A stretch of DNA of 64,000 nucleotides from an uncultured Nitrososphaeraceae archaeon (GTDB lineage Archaea > Thermoproteota > Nitrososphaeria > Nitrososphaerales > Nitrososphaeraceae), in assembly GCA_963779615.1 (NCBI GenBank), contig CAVZZA010000005.1, positions 224,001 through 288,000 on the forward strand. The letters are read 5' to 3'. Below are positions 32,787 through 43,197 of this stretch, piece by piece. The stretch's first letter is position 1. Each line of letters opens with the position of its first letter. Under the pieces are notes generated by a model. The model ran no database searches, was not told the origin of the DNA, and saw only the letters and a program-made list of their open reading frames with translations. The position numbers and the translations under genes were made by a program.

Positions 32787-33431
32787 TTACCCTTGTATTA
32801 CGGTTACAGAAGTGCATTGGTTTAATAGTTGTGAAACCAATCCGGGTGTGTCGTCAATCTGGCTTTGTGTTACAAAGCAAGTTCCCTGCAAGTTGCTATT
32901 GATTATAATGGTTTGTTCATTGTTGTTGTTGTCGTCGTCGTCGTCGTGTACTACTATAGTCTTAGGATAGTGATTGCCGTCATGGTTGTTGTTGCCGTCA
33001 TGGTCATGGTTGTTGTTGCCGTCATGGTCATGGTTGTTGTTGCCGTCATGGTCATGGTTGTTGTTGCCGTCATGGTCATGGTTGTTGTTGCCGTCATGGT
33101 CATGGTTGTTGTTGCCGTCATGGTCATGGTTGTTGAACCTGGACCCATCTCCAAAATTATGTTTATTATCGTTACCTTTAAAATAATTGTTATCACCCTG
33201 GCCCTTATACTTAGCACCTAAAGCCAAGTCTAGCCCGCTCATTGTGAAAGAAGTTAAAACAAGCATAATAGATATTGCCAATATTGTAACTTTTACCCTC
33301 TGGCATATGCATCTCCTTGGAGTCATGATACCTGTACCACTATTACCAAAATACATGATATCTGCTAATATCCCTAATGGAATCATTATCAGTTCTGTTC
33401 CTTTGGTTTTAATTGATTTCTTTATCTCCAT
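32787..33431 (-). CDS. Secreted or membrane protein with (HDHDGNNN)x6 repeat
   Basis: Hydrophobic segment VTILAISIMLVLTSFTM, His/Asp/Asn repeat, C-terminal Cys pair; start uncertain. Confidence 0.65.
   Translation of the reverse strand: MEIKKSIKTKGTELIMIPLGILADIMYFGNSGTGIMTPRRCICQRVKVTILAISIMLVLTSFTMSGLDLALGAKYKGQGDNNYFKGNDNKHNFGDGSRFNNHDHDGNNNHDHDGNNNHDHDGNNNHDHDGNNNHDHDGNNNHDHDGNNNHDGNHYPKTIVVHDDDDDNNNNEQTIIINSNLQGTCFVTQSQIDDTPGLVSQLLNQCTSVTVIQG
32985..33135 (+). repeat. Perfect 24-bp tandem repeat, 6 copies plus partial
   Basis: Unit GTTGTTGTTGCCGTCATGGTCATG with no spacers. Confidence 0.95.
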
Positions 33432-33759
33432 TTTTCTATGATAATGATATATTGAATTAAATATATAAAATTCAATAATTAATTTTCAATAAGAAATAGA
33501 TAGTAGCCTGTTATGTAATGTATTTATAATTGATAGCCATTCATCATCCGCCTCACATTACCTCAGCAATGGTGTGATTTGATTGATTGCTCAGTTCATC
33601 CCGTTTATAAAAATAGCCCTATTACAAAAATCGCATTTAAAAGTGGTGGGAGACAATACATTATCCCTTGAATGTTCTGCAATAGATTGTGATTCTGTAT
33701 TAGTGACCGGAATGAAACGAATGTTTCATTACATCTCCAATCAGTTTGCTTTCTTCAGT

Positions 33760-34100
33760 TTGTGGATTCCATCCCCTATGTTAAACGGACTAGATTACAG
33801 AAGCAGTAACCCTGCAATGGCGTTGCTTATCGTGTTTCGCGAAGAAAATCCAATGATTGTTCCTGCTGCCACACTTAAAGAACTTGCACCCATGCCACTC
33901 ACCTTTGAAAAATGAAAAAATATGATGGTAAGAATAGCATAAGAGCCATTATAGATATAGAACGAATGCCTTGATCCCACTTATCCAAATTTAAAGAGTC
34001 AGCTGTTCTGGTAAGGAAATAGTTAAAAACAAAATACGCAATAGGAGAACAGAACCAACGACGGTTACAAAAGACACAAAAAGACCATCGATTCACCATG
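33760..34100 (-). pseudogene. MscS mechanosensitive channel fragment
   Basis: SVAAGTIIGFSSRNTISNAIAGLLLL*SSPFNIGDGI, the MscS TM3 signature with a stop. Confidence 0.8.
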
Positions 34101-34469
34101 AGTAGACAAAAGCTGTTTGTGATGCTGCGGAAGTCCCGATGGCAGGAAGACTGTAATTGATTTCGGCTGCATCCTCTTGGGCTAGTGCATTGCCGGTTGC
34201 CACTCCAAACAGTACAAAAGACAGAACATAACAATACATTGTCATATACTATACCATTTTTAACCTGATAGTCCACGTTTAGTTATGCATGATAAAACAT
34301 ATCGCCAATAGTAATCAAGTTCTGATTCAAACACATTAGGTAGGAAAAGACATTTGATAGCAAATCCTTTGGCCATTGCCGGTTGTATTATAGGTATAGC
34401 ATGTTGTTCTGGGAGAGTGATTCCTATCTTGCATAGTTGCTTTGGACATGTGTTCTGCTACCCCCTCCA

Positions 34470-35210
34470 TTTTGCCGGGTATGAACGCAACAGCAAATCC
34501 AATCATGGTCGCAATGCCTATTTTCATACACCTTCTCCATAGGCTTCAGGAATCATTGATTCAGCTAACATGACAAGTATGGCACCAGCTGCAAAAGACA
34601 TTGATGTGGATATTATAAAGGGACTGGTTATTGACAATAAACTAAAACCTATCGTTGTTGACGCTGTTCTATTCAACACCGCAATTGACCAAGTCCAATA
34701 ATGTATCTGCGGCCTTTCCCGTTTGATTTCATGCCTTCTATAGAAGCTAACCCTTCAGGAAAATCAGAGATAAAAATTGATACAGTCAATACTGTGTTCA
34801 CAGCCCCACCCGTTACAAGAGATATTCCAAGGGCCATGTTCTATGGAATGTTGTCCATTATTGAGCCTACAAGTAAAGACAATCCTAAGCTTTTTGCCCC
34901 CAATCTGCCGTTTCACCATGGGACTTTTTTCTTTCTCTGTTGTCACCTTTTGATTTTTTATTCAGAATGTAGTTTGCCATTGTATAGGACAACCTCCGGC
35001 GCTAAAGCCTACTATAACCGGTGAAATGGATTGAGCCATGCTAAAGGCTTACTCTATCAGTGAAAAAGCCAAAGCTGCAACCAGTACCCCACTGCCAAAA
35101 GCCATCATGGTGGCAATAATTGATTTGGGTAGCCTTGCAAACAACGCTACAACAGAACCCAAGAGAAGAGGAATTCTGGCTACAAAACCACAAACTAAAG
35201 CGTGTAACAC
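34470..35210 (-). pseudogene. ZIP (GufA-like) metal transporter pseudogene
   Basis: MAFGSGVLVAALAFSLIE*, DNIP*NMALG, FISDFPEGLAS, FAAGAILVMLAESMIPEAY; multiple stops and frameshifts. Confidence 0.85.
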
Positions 35211-35491
35211 GGTGTTTGTTACCAAATCTTTTATCTTTCTGTTGATATTTTATTATATTTGTTATCAGGTAATTATAATCAATAGGTCTTCTCGTATATT
35301 TTTAAAAGTATGATTGAAGCACATGGTGGAGGGACACGGAGTAAAAATAACAATGATGGTTAAGGTGCTGCCTTTTCATTCAGCCCACCCTTAAATTAGC
35401 TCATGCCAGAGTTCAATTTCAAAAAGCTTTGGAAACAATTTGCACAGGTTTTGGAAAACAGCTTATAATCAGTAACGAATGTATCTATCTT

Positions 35492-36148
35492 GTGAAAGGT
35501 TATGATAAAACAAATAGTAAAAAAACTAATAGCAAAAGAATTGCTGTCTTCTCCATAATAGTTGGAATTGGCATAACAATGGCGCTTTATTATCTTGTGT
35601 CACCATTGTTTATCTCAACAGAGATAAATGAGCAGCTCCCCTCCAACATATTTTCCCCATCCTACCAGGAGTTTGAGGAAATGACGGAAGGACAAAGGAT
35701 TCATGCAGCAAATAACATGAGCAGTCATGACAAAAATCAAATGCTGATTCAATATGCAAATGTTGGCAATAGTAGCAGAATGGATGAAACCATGGATAAC
35801 AATAACAATAACACCATTATCCAAGCAAGCGGCAGGATTGGTCCCTTTGTAGGTGTTGGTGACGGGATACACAATGCAGAAGGCATTGCCAAAATAATTT
35901 CTCTAGATGACAATAGCAACATCTTAAGGCTAGAGGGTTTAAAGGCTACAAACGGTCCGGACCTGTATGTGTATTTAGCAACAGACAAGAGTGCATCAGA
36001 CTCTGTTAGCCTTGGGCGATTAAAAGCCAATAACGGTAATCAGAATTACGAGATACCCTTGGGAACCGATTTGTCAAAACATGATACCGTCCTGATATGG
36101 TGCAAAGCATTTTCGGTCCTGTTTGGCAGTGCGGAATTAAAGATATAG
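35492..36148 (+). CDS. Membrane-anchored DM13-domain protein
   Basis: GDGIHNAEG, LRLE..ATNGPDLYVYLA, LGRLK.N.GNQNYEIP, TVLIWCKAFSVLFGSAEL; GTG start inferred. Confidence 0.9.
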   Translation: MKGYDKTNSKKTNSKRIAVFSIIVGIGITMALYYLVSPLFISTEINEQLPSNIFSPSYQEFEEMTEGQRIHAANNMSSHDKNQMLIQYANVGNSSRMDETMDNNNNNTIIQASGRIGPFVGVGDGIHNAEGIAKIISLDDNSNILRLEGLKATNGPDLYVYLATDKSASDSVSLGRLKANNGNQNYEIPLGTDLSKHDTVLIWCKAFSVLFGSAELKI

Positions 36149-36755
36149 AAATACTTCCTTTATTTTTTTTCATGATAAATGCACATAGCATCCACATATT
36201 TTAGAATCAAAGATGATTTAGATAATGACAGATTTACCAAACAGCATTAATATTGATAATCACAATTGTTGTTTGTACTCCAATTTAAGTTTAAATCACC
36301 TAGAGAATGATTTTTATTGTGCATATTTTTTACTGCTGACAACAATAAACAAATAATTGGAATCCTTATTTAATAAATGATTCATGTTTAATTCTAACAC
36401 ATGTCACGTTATCAGCATCATTATTCAAACCAATACACATGCATAGTTTCAATTATTTATAATAAATTGCTAAACACAAATGGGGATTATGCTATTACAA
36501 CTTGTCCATAAACGTAATCCTGCCTAACAATGAATTTACAATGAAAAATAATATTACAAGTGCTCTGTGATGATTTGTCCATGGGCAAAATAAATTCTTT
36601 TTATTTGTAGGAGTGTTGCCTTAAAGATCTGCAATTAACCAAACTCATAGAAGGCATGGCATTAGCAATATCTCAAAATCAACACGGTATCTATAAACAC
36701 GTCATTTGCATTTTTTATGGATATTGCCTGGACCAAATGTTGCACCTCAACACAC

Positions 36756-37589
36756 CTACGATTTTTTTGAGTTAGTTCCGGAACGCTTCCGCATATACAT
36801 TATTACGTCCACATTCCTACTCGGGTTGTAAAAGATTTCATCAGTGATTTTAACCAGTTCCTCCATCTCAAGAGGGCGGTCAATCGGCAGTTTTTTGTTT
36901 GCTTCATCAAATTCTGTTTCCAAAACAGCCCTTGAGTTCTTTTCCAAATCCAGTTCCGATTTGCACCGAACCAAATCTTTTTCCAGCAAAAATATTTCAT
37001 TTTCCTTGTCATATACAATATTTGTTAATCTATTTACTGATTCTCTCAAAGGCCTATTTCTCCGATACTCCTCCAAGTCATTCCCGGTTATGTCGTATTC
37101 ATCAATTATTTGCCTGATTTGCTCCTGTCTTTCAGATATCTCTTTATCAAGCGATTCCAAATGGATTTTCTTTTTGACGATGTATACTGGAAGGTCATTT
37201 AGTGAAAAGTCAACACTGTCCAGCATACTGCAAATTTCATCTATTTTTGATACAAATGCTTTTTCAGGCATCCCATGCTTAAAGCAGTATGTGTTTACCT
37301 GTTCAATCAGCAACTCCACATTTTCTTCCGCTAGTCCCAGCCTATCCAGTATTTTTTTTAACCTAACGGACGAGGCGAAATGATTTATATCAAGATTTTC
37401 CTTTTTTAATTTTACCGCAACCCCCCTAAGCAGAACAATGTCCGGCATGTTCATTTTGGCCTCCTCAATTATTCTGGAAACAGTCCCACCTCCAATATCG
37501 TTATTTGAAGATATTGTGTCACGGGAGAGCCCCTGAAGCCACTCTTTTATTACCGTTTTTTTCAACGAGTGCGGAATTCGCTGTCCCAT
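36756..37589 (-). CDS. N-terminal HTH plus coiled-coil protein
   Basis: VIKEWLQGLSRDTIS...IGGGTVSRII HTH; ATG at 37589 preferred because the longer ORF runs through the repeat. Confidence 0.75.
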   Translation of the reverse strand: MGQRIPHSLKKTVIKEWLQGLSRDTISSNNDIGGGTVSRIIEEAKMNMPDIVLLRGVAVKLKKENLDINHFASSVRLKKILDRLGLAEENVELLIEQVNTYCFKHGMPEKAFVSKIDEICSMLDSVDFSLNDLPVYIVKKKIHLESLDKEISERQEQIRQIIDEYDITGNDLEEYRRNRPLRESVNRLTNIVYDKENEIFLLEKDLVRCKSELDLEKNSRAVLETEFDEANKKLPIDRPLEMEELVKITDEIFYNPSRNVDVIMYMRKRSGTNSKKS

Positions 37590-37696
37590 CTGTTTATTCT
37601 GACAATATAACACACTAATTGAATATATTAAATGGATTTTTTTTGTTTTGAAGGATGGCAAAACAACACACCTATTTGACCTTGATATGCCATTGT

Positions 37697-37755
37697 ACGG
37701 CAAATGGACGGCAAATGGACGGCAAATGGACGGCAAATGGACGGCAAATGGACGG
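37697..37755 (+). repeat. 11-bp tandem repeat, 5 copies plus partial
   Basis: (ACGGCAAATGG)x5 + ACGG, ~108 bp upstream of the HTH gene. Confidence 0.95.
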
Positions 37756-38013
37756 GCACACCGGATTTGTTTCGCCGCTTTTTCACTCAACCAGCTATCC
37801 TACTAAGTTGTTGTTGTTCATCTTTGTGGGCCAAATAATAAATTTTCTGTGCATTGTTTAACAAAAAGACCATCAACAGTTGCCATTTCCTGTAACAATC
37901 AATAATCAGTTTCTGTAGAAAAAAATTTGCGTGTGCCGGTAAATCACAACATATGCGCGCGCACAAATACACGTCATGCGAACCAGCACGTCCGGTGGAA
38001 ACCTTGCTGTTGG

Positions 38014-39402
38014 CTATTTTTTCACAACGTAAAACTCCAGGAATTTTAGGCCATTTCTTTTGAGGGCTTTGGAAAGGTAATACTCAATCACCGCGTAAAA
38101 ACCGGGAAACGATTCCACCAGGCCGATTATGGGGCACAACACCAGGGTTTGAACATGCAAAAAAATTCTTTTAAGGAAACCCATTTTTGCGTACCGCAGG
38201 TTTAGAAAAAGCCCAATTTGGTAGGACACTAGCCAAATGATGCTTGTGAATATCAGTATCAAGCTCAAGCTGCTATCAAAAACCTGAATGTCAGTCAGCG
38301 GCCTAAAAATGTCGCTTGGCGAACTTAAAACGGTAATGATTCTGTCAAGCCAAACGGAAATGTCAAACCCCATGTTATAGGTCCAATCAAACCGGATATA
38401 CGAGAAAATGCTTGATATTTTTGGGATGTTCACATAGAACGTTATGGCCAGGGAAATCAGGCCCGAGATAAAGGCCAGGAAAAAAGACGTGCACCTGTAA
38501 ATCATACGCACCTTGAAAAGTTTAGAGTAGTTTTCAATGTTTTGAAGGTTGCCTATAATCCATCTTCTTCTTTGCATGAAATGATCCTTGATGTTAAGGG
38601 GCGGCTGCTCCAGCATGATTCCACCATGCCAACCCATGGAGTCCTTTCCAAATTTTTTATAGGTCTCAAATCCAAACCTCTGATCCTCGGCCAATATCGG
38701 GCCAAACTCCCATCCGATTGCGTCCTCAACATCAGACCTAACCAACAAATTGCTTCCATGCATGTGTATGGGGGGCGGGTTGTTCATGTGGGTCACACAC
38801 TCAAAGCAACCAAATGATCTTGGGGATTCTGCCAGGGCTGTAATCCTGTTTGCGATTTCAAATTTCAGCGGATAAAAGATAGGGCCTTCTGCGGCAATTC
38901 CCCTTTTTTCGCGGATAAACTTCAGCAGTGAAAGCACAGTCTGCTGAACAACATAACTCTCATCATCCATGTGGAAAACCCAGTAGTCTGAGGAGTGCTG
39001 GTTGTTTTTTCTCCTGTAGTCTACCGCATACTGCAATGCCCTTGCCTTTTTTATCGCGTTGGGCTTGAACTTTTTACTTACGCAGATGACCTTGCATGGG
39101 GAGGAGTTTAGTGTGTTGATGTCATTGTAGTCCTCCGTTACAACCAGTATCTCATACTTGTGATACTTGATGCCATTGCAAGACTCCCTAATCGAGTCTA
39201 TCCCCCTCTTCACAACAGGAGTTTTTGTTGCGGAACGGGTGGTTATTTGGAAAATAATATTTGGATCGTTCTTTATCCGAATCAGATCCTTTTCAATAAA
39301 CCTGTTTTTGTTTTTGATAAACCGATAGAACAACACAATAGCTCTGGGTATAAAAAATATCCACAGGACGGTAGCAATCAGGATTACGGCGTTATCAATC
39401 AA
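38014..39402 (-). CDS. Membrane GT2 glycosyltransferase (egghead-like)
   Basis: FQITTR, KARALQYA, FHMDDES, HGSNLL, LAED, QRRRW; N- and C-terminal TMs. Confidence 0.85.
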   Translation of the reverse strand: MIDNAVILIATVLWIFFIPRAIVLFYRFIKNKNRFIEKDLIRIKNDPNIIFQITTRSATKTPVVKRGIDSIRESCNGIKYHKYEILVVTEDYNDINTLNSSPCKVICVSKKFKPNAIKKARALQYAVDYRRKNNQHSSDYWVFHMDDESYVVQQTVLSLLKFIREKRGIAAEGPIFYPLKFEIANRITALAESPRSFGCFECVTHMNNPPPIHMHGSNLLVRSDVEDAIGWEFGPILAEDQRFGFETYKKFGKDSMGWHGGIMLEQPPLNIKDHFMQRRRWIIGNLQNIENYSKLFKVRMIYRCTSFFLAFISGLISLAITFYVNIPKISSIFSYIRFDWTYNMGFDISVWLDRIITVLSSPSDIFRPLTDIQVFDSSLSLILIFTSIIWLVSYQIGLFLNLRYAKMGFLKRIFLHVQTLVLCPIIGLVESFPGFYAVIEYYLSKALKRNGLKFLEFYVVKK

Positions 39403-39567
39403 TGAACTACCATAATATGCCCTTTAATAATAATTTAATTATCCCTTTGAAAAAGGTTTTGCCCAGATGGACAAATTAGCATTATCATCACTAACTATCT
39501 AACGTAAAGTTCTAGAAAAAGCATAAATAATAACTGTTATAAGTAATAGAATAATGAGTAATAATTT

Positions 39568-40488
39568 ATGCAGCCTGAAGGCAAGATGGGGAATTCAAAG
39601 CCAATAGCTTGCGAGTTTTGTAAAAATGATTCGGTTATTTTTGATACGAGCTCATTTGAGTACGTTTGCTCTTCTTGCGGATGCGTCTCAAACCAGGACC
39701 CCAACTCAGACACTGCAGTAAATTACAGAAGCAACTCAGGATACACAGACAGGACAAGGACGGGCATGCCAGAATCCCTAGCGGTGCACAACAAGGGATT
39801 GTCAACCCTTATAGGCATTGGGGATACGGATGCGAGGGGAAAGGCACTGGAGCCATCACAAAAAAACAGCATGCAAAGGCTCAGAACCTGGAACAACAGG
39901 GCACAGCTGAATGACTCTGTGTCGAGAAACCTGGAAAAGGCCTTAAAGCTGCTGAATAATTTTGGTGACAAGCTGTATCTCAGTCAGGCGGTAATGGAGG
40001 GGGCTGCCTACATTTACAGAAAGGCAGCCATAAAGAAACTTGCCAAGGGCAGGTCTACACTCGGACTGGTGGGAGCCGCACTTTATGCGGCCTGCCGTGA
40101 AACCGCAACCCCCAAAACCATAACAGACATCGCCAACGCGTGCAATATTTCTACAAAGGACATAATGTCCCATTATAAACTGATACTAAAGGAGCTTTCA
40201 CTGCAAATGCCTGTGTTGCGGGGGCCAGAGTATGTTACATTGATTTGCAACAGGCTGCAAATGAGTGAAAAAACCAAGAGAGAGGCATTGAGAATTTTTT
40301 CAATGGTGCAAAAATGCAGGATATCGATTGGAAAAAATCCCAGGGCGCTTGCCGGATCAATAATTTATCTTGCGTCCCAAAACTGCAACGAGTTTTTAAG
40401 GCAGGTGGAAATCTGCCAGGTTGCGGAGATTTCGACAGTGTCATTGAGAAAAAGATGCAAGGAAATCAAGTCAAGAATCGAAATGTAA
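39568..40488 (+). CDS. tfb: Transcription initiation factor B
   Basis: Zn ribbon CEFC/CSSCG; RTG.P...HNKGLST.IG; RLRTW; two cyclin repeats; GKNP.ALAG..IY. Confidence 0.95.
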   Translation: MQPEGKMGNSKPIACEFCKNDSVIFDTSSFEYVCSSCGCVSNQDPNSDTAVNYRSNSGYTDRTRTGMPESLAVHNKGLSTLIGIGDTDARGKALEPSQKNSMQRLRTWNNRAQLNDSVSRNLEKALKLLNNFGDKLYLSQAVMEGAAYIYRKAAIKKLAKGRSTLGLVGAALYAACRETATPKTITDIANACNISTKDIMSHYKLILKELSLQMPVLRGPEYVTLICNRLQMSEKTKREALRIFSMVQKCRISIGKNPRALAGSIIYLASQNCNEFLRQVEICQVAEISTVSLRKRCKEIKSRIEM

Positions 40489-40514
40489 TAAAAAAAACAG
40501 AAAAAAACCCGGCG

Positions 40515-41507
40515 TCAAACAACATGCATGAATTGTGGAAACATCAATCCATCATCGGCGTCACTGATTTCGTTAATGTCTTTTTGCGACATTTTTAAAA
40601 ACGCCGATTCAAATTTTGGATAGGGCGCTTTTGATGAAAAAATGGTAAGAACTTTGTTTTTGTGAGTTAGTTTATACCCCATGCACGGCTCGTGCCCCCT
40701 TATGAGAAACTTGCATCCGGTGTTTGACAGCCACCTGTTTGTTACCCCGATTCCAAAATATTTTCCTATTCCCCTTCTAGAGAAAACCCAGTCTTTGTCA
40801 CTGGGCAGGTCCCTTGGATCATTCCATAATATTTCCTCCAGCAGTGTTTTGTTGTTCAGCGCATTGGATAAATTAATCTTGTAGTCCTCAAAAAAAAGCG
40901 GGTTCTCAACAACAGGCAGGCCACCATGAGTCAAAATCGAAAACCCGTTTATTTCGCAAACCAAGGGCAACGATTCAAAAAATGGCAAGACATGGCAATC
41001 ATAAAAACTGCCTGCTGGTTTCCCAAACTTGTTGGCAAGCCAAGGGTAAAAATCATAAGAGGAGAACGGAAAATGACTGTAGGATTCATGGTTGCCCCTC
41101 AACACAAAAACACTGTTTGGGTAGGAATTTTTTAGTTTGCAGATCACAAGCAAAACCTCCAGTGGATACTCACCCCTATCCACATAATCACCCAGGAAAA
41201 TCAGCAGGTTTGACTCGTTTTTTAAAAAGTCTGTGAAATGTATTCTCTCGATTATTTTTTTTAGGGTGAAAAAGTCGCCATGGATATCCCCAACAACCAC
41301 CAAATTTTCGGGAATTGGGAAATTAACGTAATGACCAGAGGTTCGCCCAGTCTTTGAAAAGGAGCCTTTGATCATTTGGTCAGCATGGATTGAAGCGGCC
41401 TTGTTTATTATGTTTGAGCACTCGTCGATACCGCAATCGAAAACCGAGAAAAAATCAGCAGCAGGCATGAAAAACAAAAAACAACGGAATAAAATAAAGG
41501 TATACAC
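40515..41507 (-). CDS. PPP-family Ser/Thr protein phosphatase
   Basis: GDIHG, GDYVDRG, LRGNHE, HGG, ILWNDP, IRGHE; true start probably slightly downstream. Confidence 0.92.
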   Translation of the reverse strand: MYTFILFRCFLFFMPAADFFSVFDCGIDECSNIINKAASIHADQMIKGSFSKTGRTSGHYVNFPIPENLVVVGDIHGDFFTLKKIIERIHFTDFLKNESNLLIFLGDYVDRGEYPLEVLLVICKLKNSYPNSVFVLRGNHESYSHFPFSSYDFYPWLANKFGKPAGSFYDCHVLPFFESLPLVCEINGFSILTHGGLPVVENPLFFEDYKINLSNALNNKTLLEEILWNDPRDLPSDKDWVFSRRGIGKYFGIGVTNRWLSNTGCKFLIRGHEPCMGYKLTHKNKVLTIFSSKAPYPKFESAFLKMSQKDINEISDADDGLMFPQFMHVV

Positions 41508-41560
41508 TCACCTTGTTGTTGTTGGTTTTAGCCTTAAACCAGTGAGGTGTCGGGATTATT

Positions 41561-43120
41561 CTAGTGCATTGGGCACCAGTCAACCAGAAGGTTGTTGCTT
41601 TCATTAAGCGCGCCAAAAACATGTTTTGATGGACTTGCGGACTTTATCAGGATGTTTTTGCCCTTTAGGACAATTTTGTAATAATTGCTTTCAGACAGCA
41701 GCAGTGCATCATTGTTAATGGAACTGTTTCCTTTTAGTATTATCAGGCTGTTCAATTGGCTCTGTTTTAGGGTGTCGACAAACTCAGGGGTGGAAATCAA
41801 ATGACCTGAATTATTACCGTCCATTATGTTCAGGGTGTTGCTGTGGGTGTTTTTTTTATTTTGGCTTGCCGCCTCCTGAATTGGAGAAAGAGTTTTATTG
41901 ATTGAGTCATTGAGTTTTTCAGAAGCACCTTTTTGTCCCAAGGGTTTGTCTTGTCCATAATCCATCCCCCCATTGTTTTTAGCAAAATACGAAAAATCCA
42001 GTGCTTCATTCATCAGGTTGCTGGCAAGCGCTTCAGGCCCTACAAAATAAAGCATAGCCTCTTTCAGCATCGAATAAAAGTTCCACTTAAACTTGTTTAC
42101 CAAAATCAGGTTGTTGTAGTTGATCCAATACAAAAGGGGTCCAAGCACCATGGACAAAATCATTTCACTGTGCAAGTCAGAATCGAACTCCATCGTTATG
42201 AGTTTGTTGTCCCTTAGGAGTTTCATAAAAAAATTGTTTCTGTTATTCTGGTAGTTTCCGGAGGCGTGTTTGTAAGGAAATTTATTCCTGGTGCTGTAGC
42301 CAAACCTGTTTGTTGCGGCAAACTCGTTTGTTTTGAGCTTTTCAAACAAATTTAGCTCGCCTAAAGGATCCAAAACAAAAAAAAATCCATCATACAAGGA
42401 GAAATAATATTTCGAACAGTTAATGGAGATTCCCCGAAGCTTGTTTATGAGCAATTTCCTGTATTGATTTGGTTGCTTAAACTCATTCTTCAGGGTAATT
42501 ACCCCATCGACGATCGAATCCAATAGGGTGGTCTCGCGTGATTCGCTTAGAAAAATCAGTTTTGCTCCCGCCCTCTCTCGCCATATTTGTAAAACCCGTT
42601 CATTGTTTAGCCTTGATTCCTTATCCATAAATGAGGCAATGGCGTCCCAGGTGTCAATTATTATAATTGGTGACTTTACATCCATAAGCTGGTTGGTGAT
42701 TCTCTCAAAAAGAGATTCAGGTTCGTCCAACCTTGCGTCTTCAAACTTGTACTCATACTTTGAGTCATTTATTGATGTAAACTTGCTTATCCATGGAAAA
42801 AAAAATAAAAGTTGTTTGACTGAAAGCCTTGTGGATATGTAAAAATAGTTGCTATCGTGGTTCAGGTTATCCATTAGGGTAAGTGCGAAAGTTGTTTTGC
42901 CGGTTCCAGGTTTCCCCTTAACAAGCAGTGAATAAGAGTCATTTTTAACAAACTTTAAAATTTCATTAGGCAAATGCCCAAAACTATTTTTTTTAATCGG
43001 CATTTTCTTCTTCTTACTTGGATGGCTATCGTGGTTTGTTGCTGGGACACCACCAGACGCATCAGGAGTATGGTCATTGGTATCTGTGTCTTCAGGTGGA
43101 TGCGCATTGAAATCGTACAT
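41561..43120 (-). CDS. GvpD/KaiC-like RecA-superfamily P-loop ATPase
   Basis: SLLVKGKPGTGKTT (Walker A), IIIDTWD (Walker B), VDGVITL, RKLLINKLRG; degenerate C-terminal half. Confidence 0.85.
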   Translation of the reverse strand: MYDFNAHPPEDTDTNDHTPDASGGVPATNHDSHPSKKKKMPIKKNSFGHLPNEILKFVKNDSYSLLVKGKPGTGKTTFALTLMDNLNHDSNYFYISTRLSVKQLLFFFPWISKFTSINDSKYEYKFEDARLDEPESLFERITNQLMDVKSPIIIIDTWDAIASFMDKESRLNNERVLQIWRERAGAKLIFLSESRETTLLDSIVDGVITLKNEFKQPNQYRKLLINKLRGISINCSKYYFSLYDGFFFVLDPLGELNLFEKLKTNEFAATNRFGYSTRNKFPYKHASGNYQNNRNNFFMKLLRDNKLITMEFDSDLHSEMILSMVLGPLLYWINYNNLILVNKFKWNFYSMLKEAMLYFVGPEALASNLMNEALDFSYFAKNNGGMDYGQDKPLGQKGASEKLNDSINKTLSPIQEAASQNKKNTHSNTLNIMDGNNSGHLISTPEFVDTLKQSQLNSLIILKGNSSINNDALLLSESNYYKIVLKGKNILIKSASPSKHVFGALNESNNLLVDWCPMH

Positions 43121-43197
43121 GCTGTGGAATGATTTTAAAAAAAAATATTGAAAAACAATTCTAAACTATCATACATAAAAAACGTATATGCGTACAC

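Noticed and set aside
32985-33135. 24-bp repeat as a CRISPR array
   Set aside because: Head-to-tail units with no spacers, in frame within a CDS, and no cas genes
37697-37755. 11-bp repeat as CRISPR or as the coding N-terminus of the 344-aa ORF
   Set aside because: Too short and spacer-less; the RPFAVHLP extension is a by-product of the repeat and the HTH starts at ATG 37589
41561-43120. Gas vesicle or circadian clock locus
   Set aside because: No gvpA/gvpN and no kaiA/kaiB in the window
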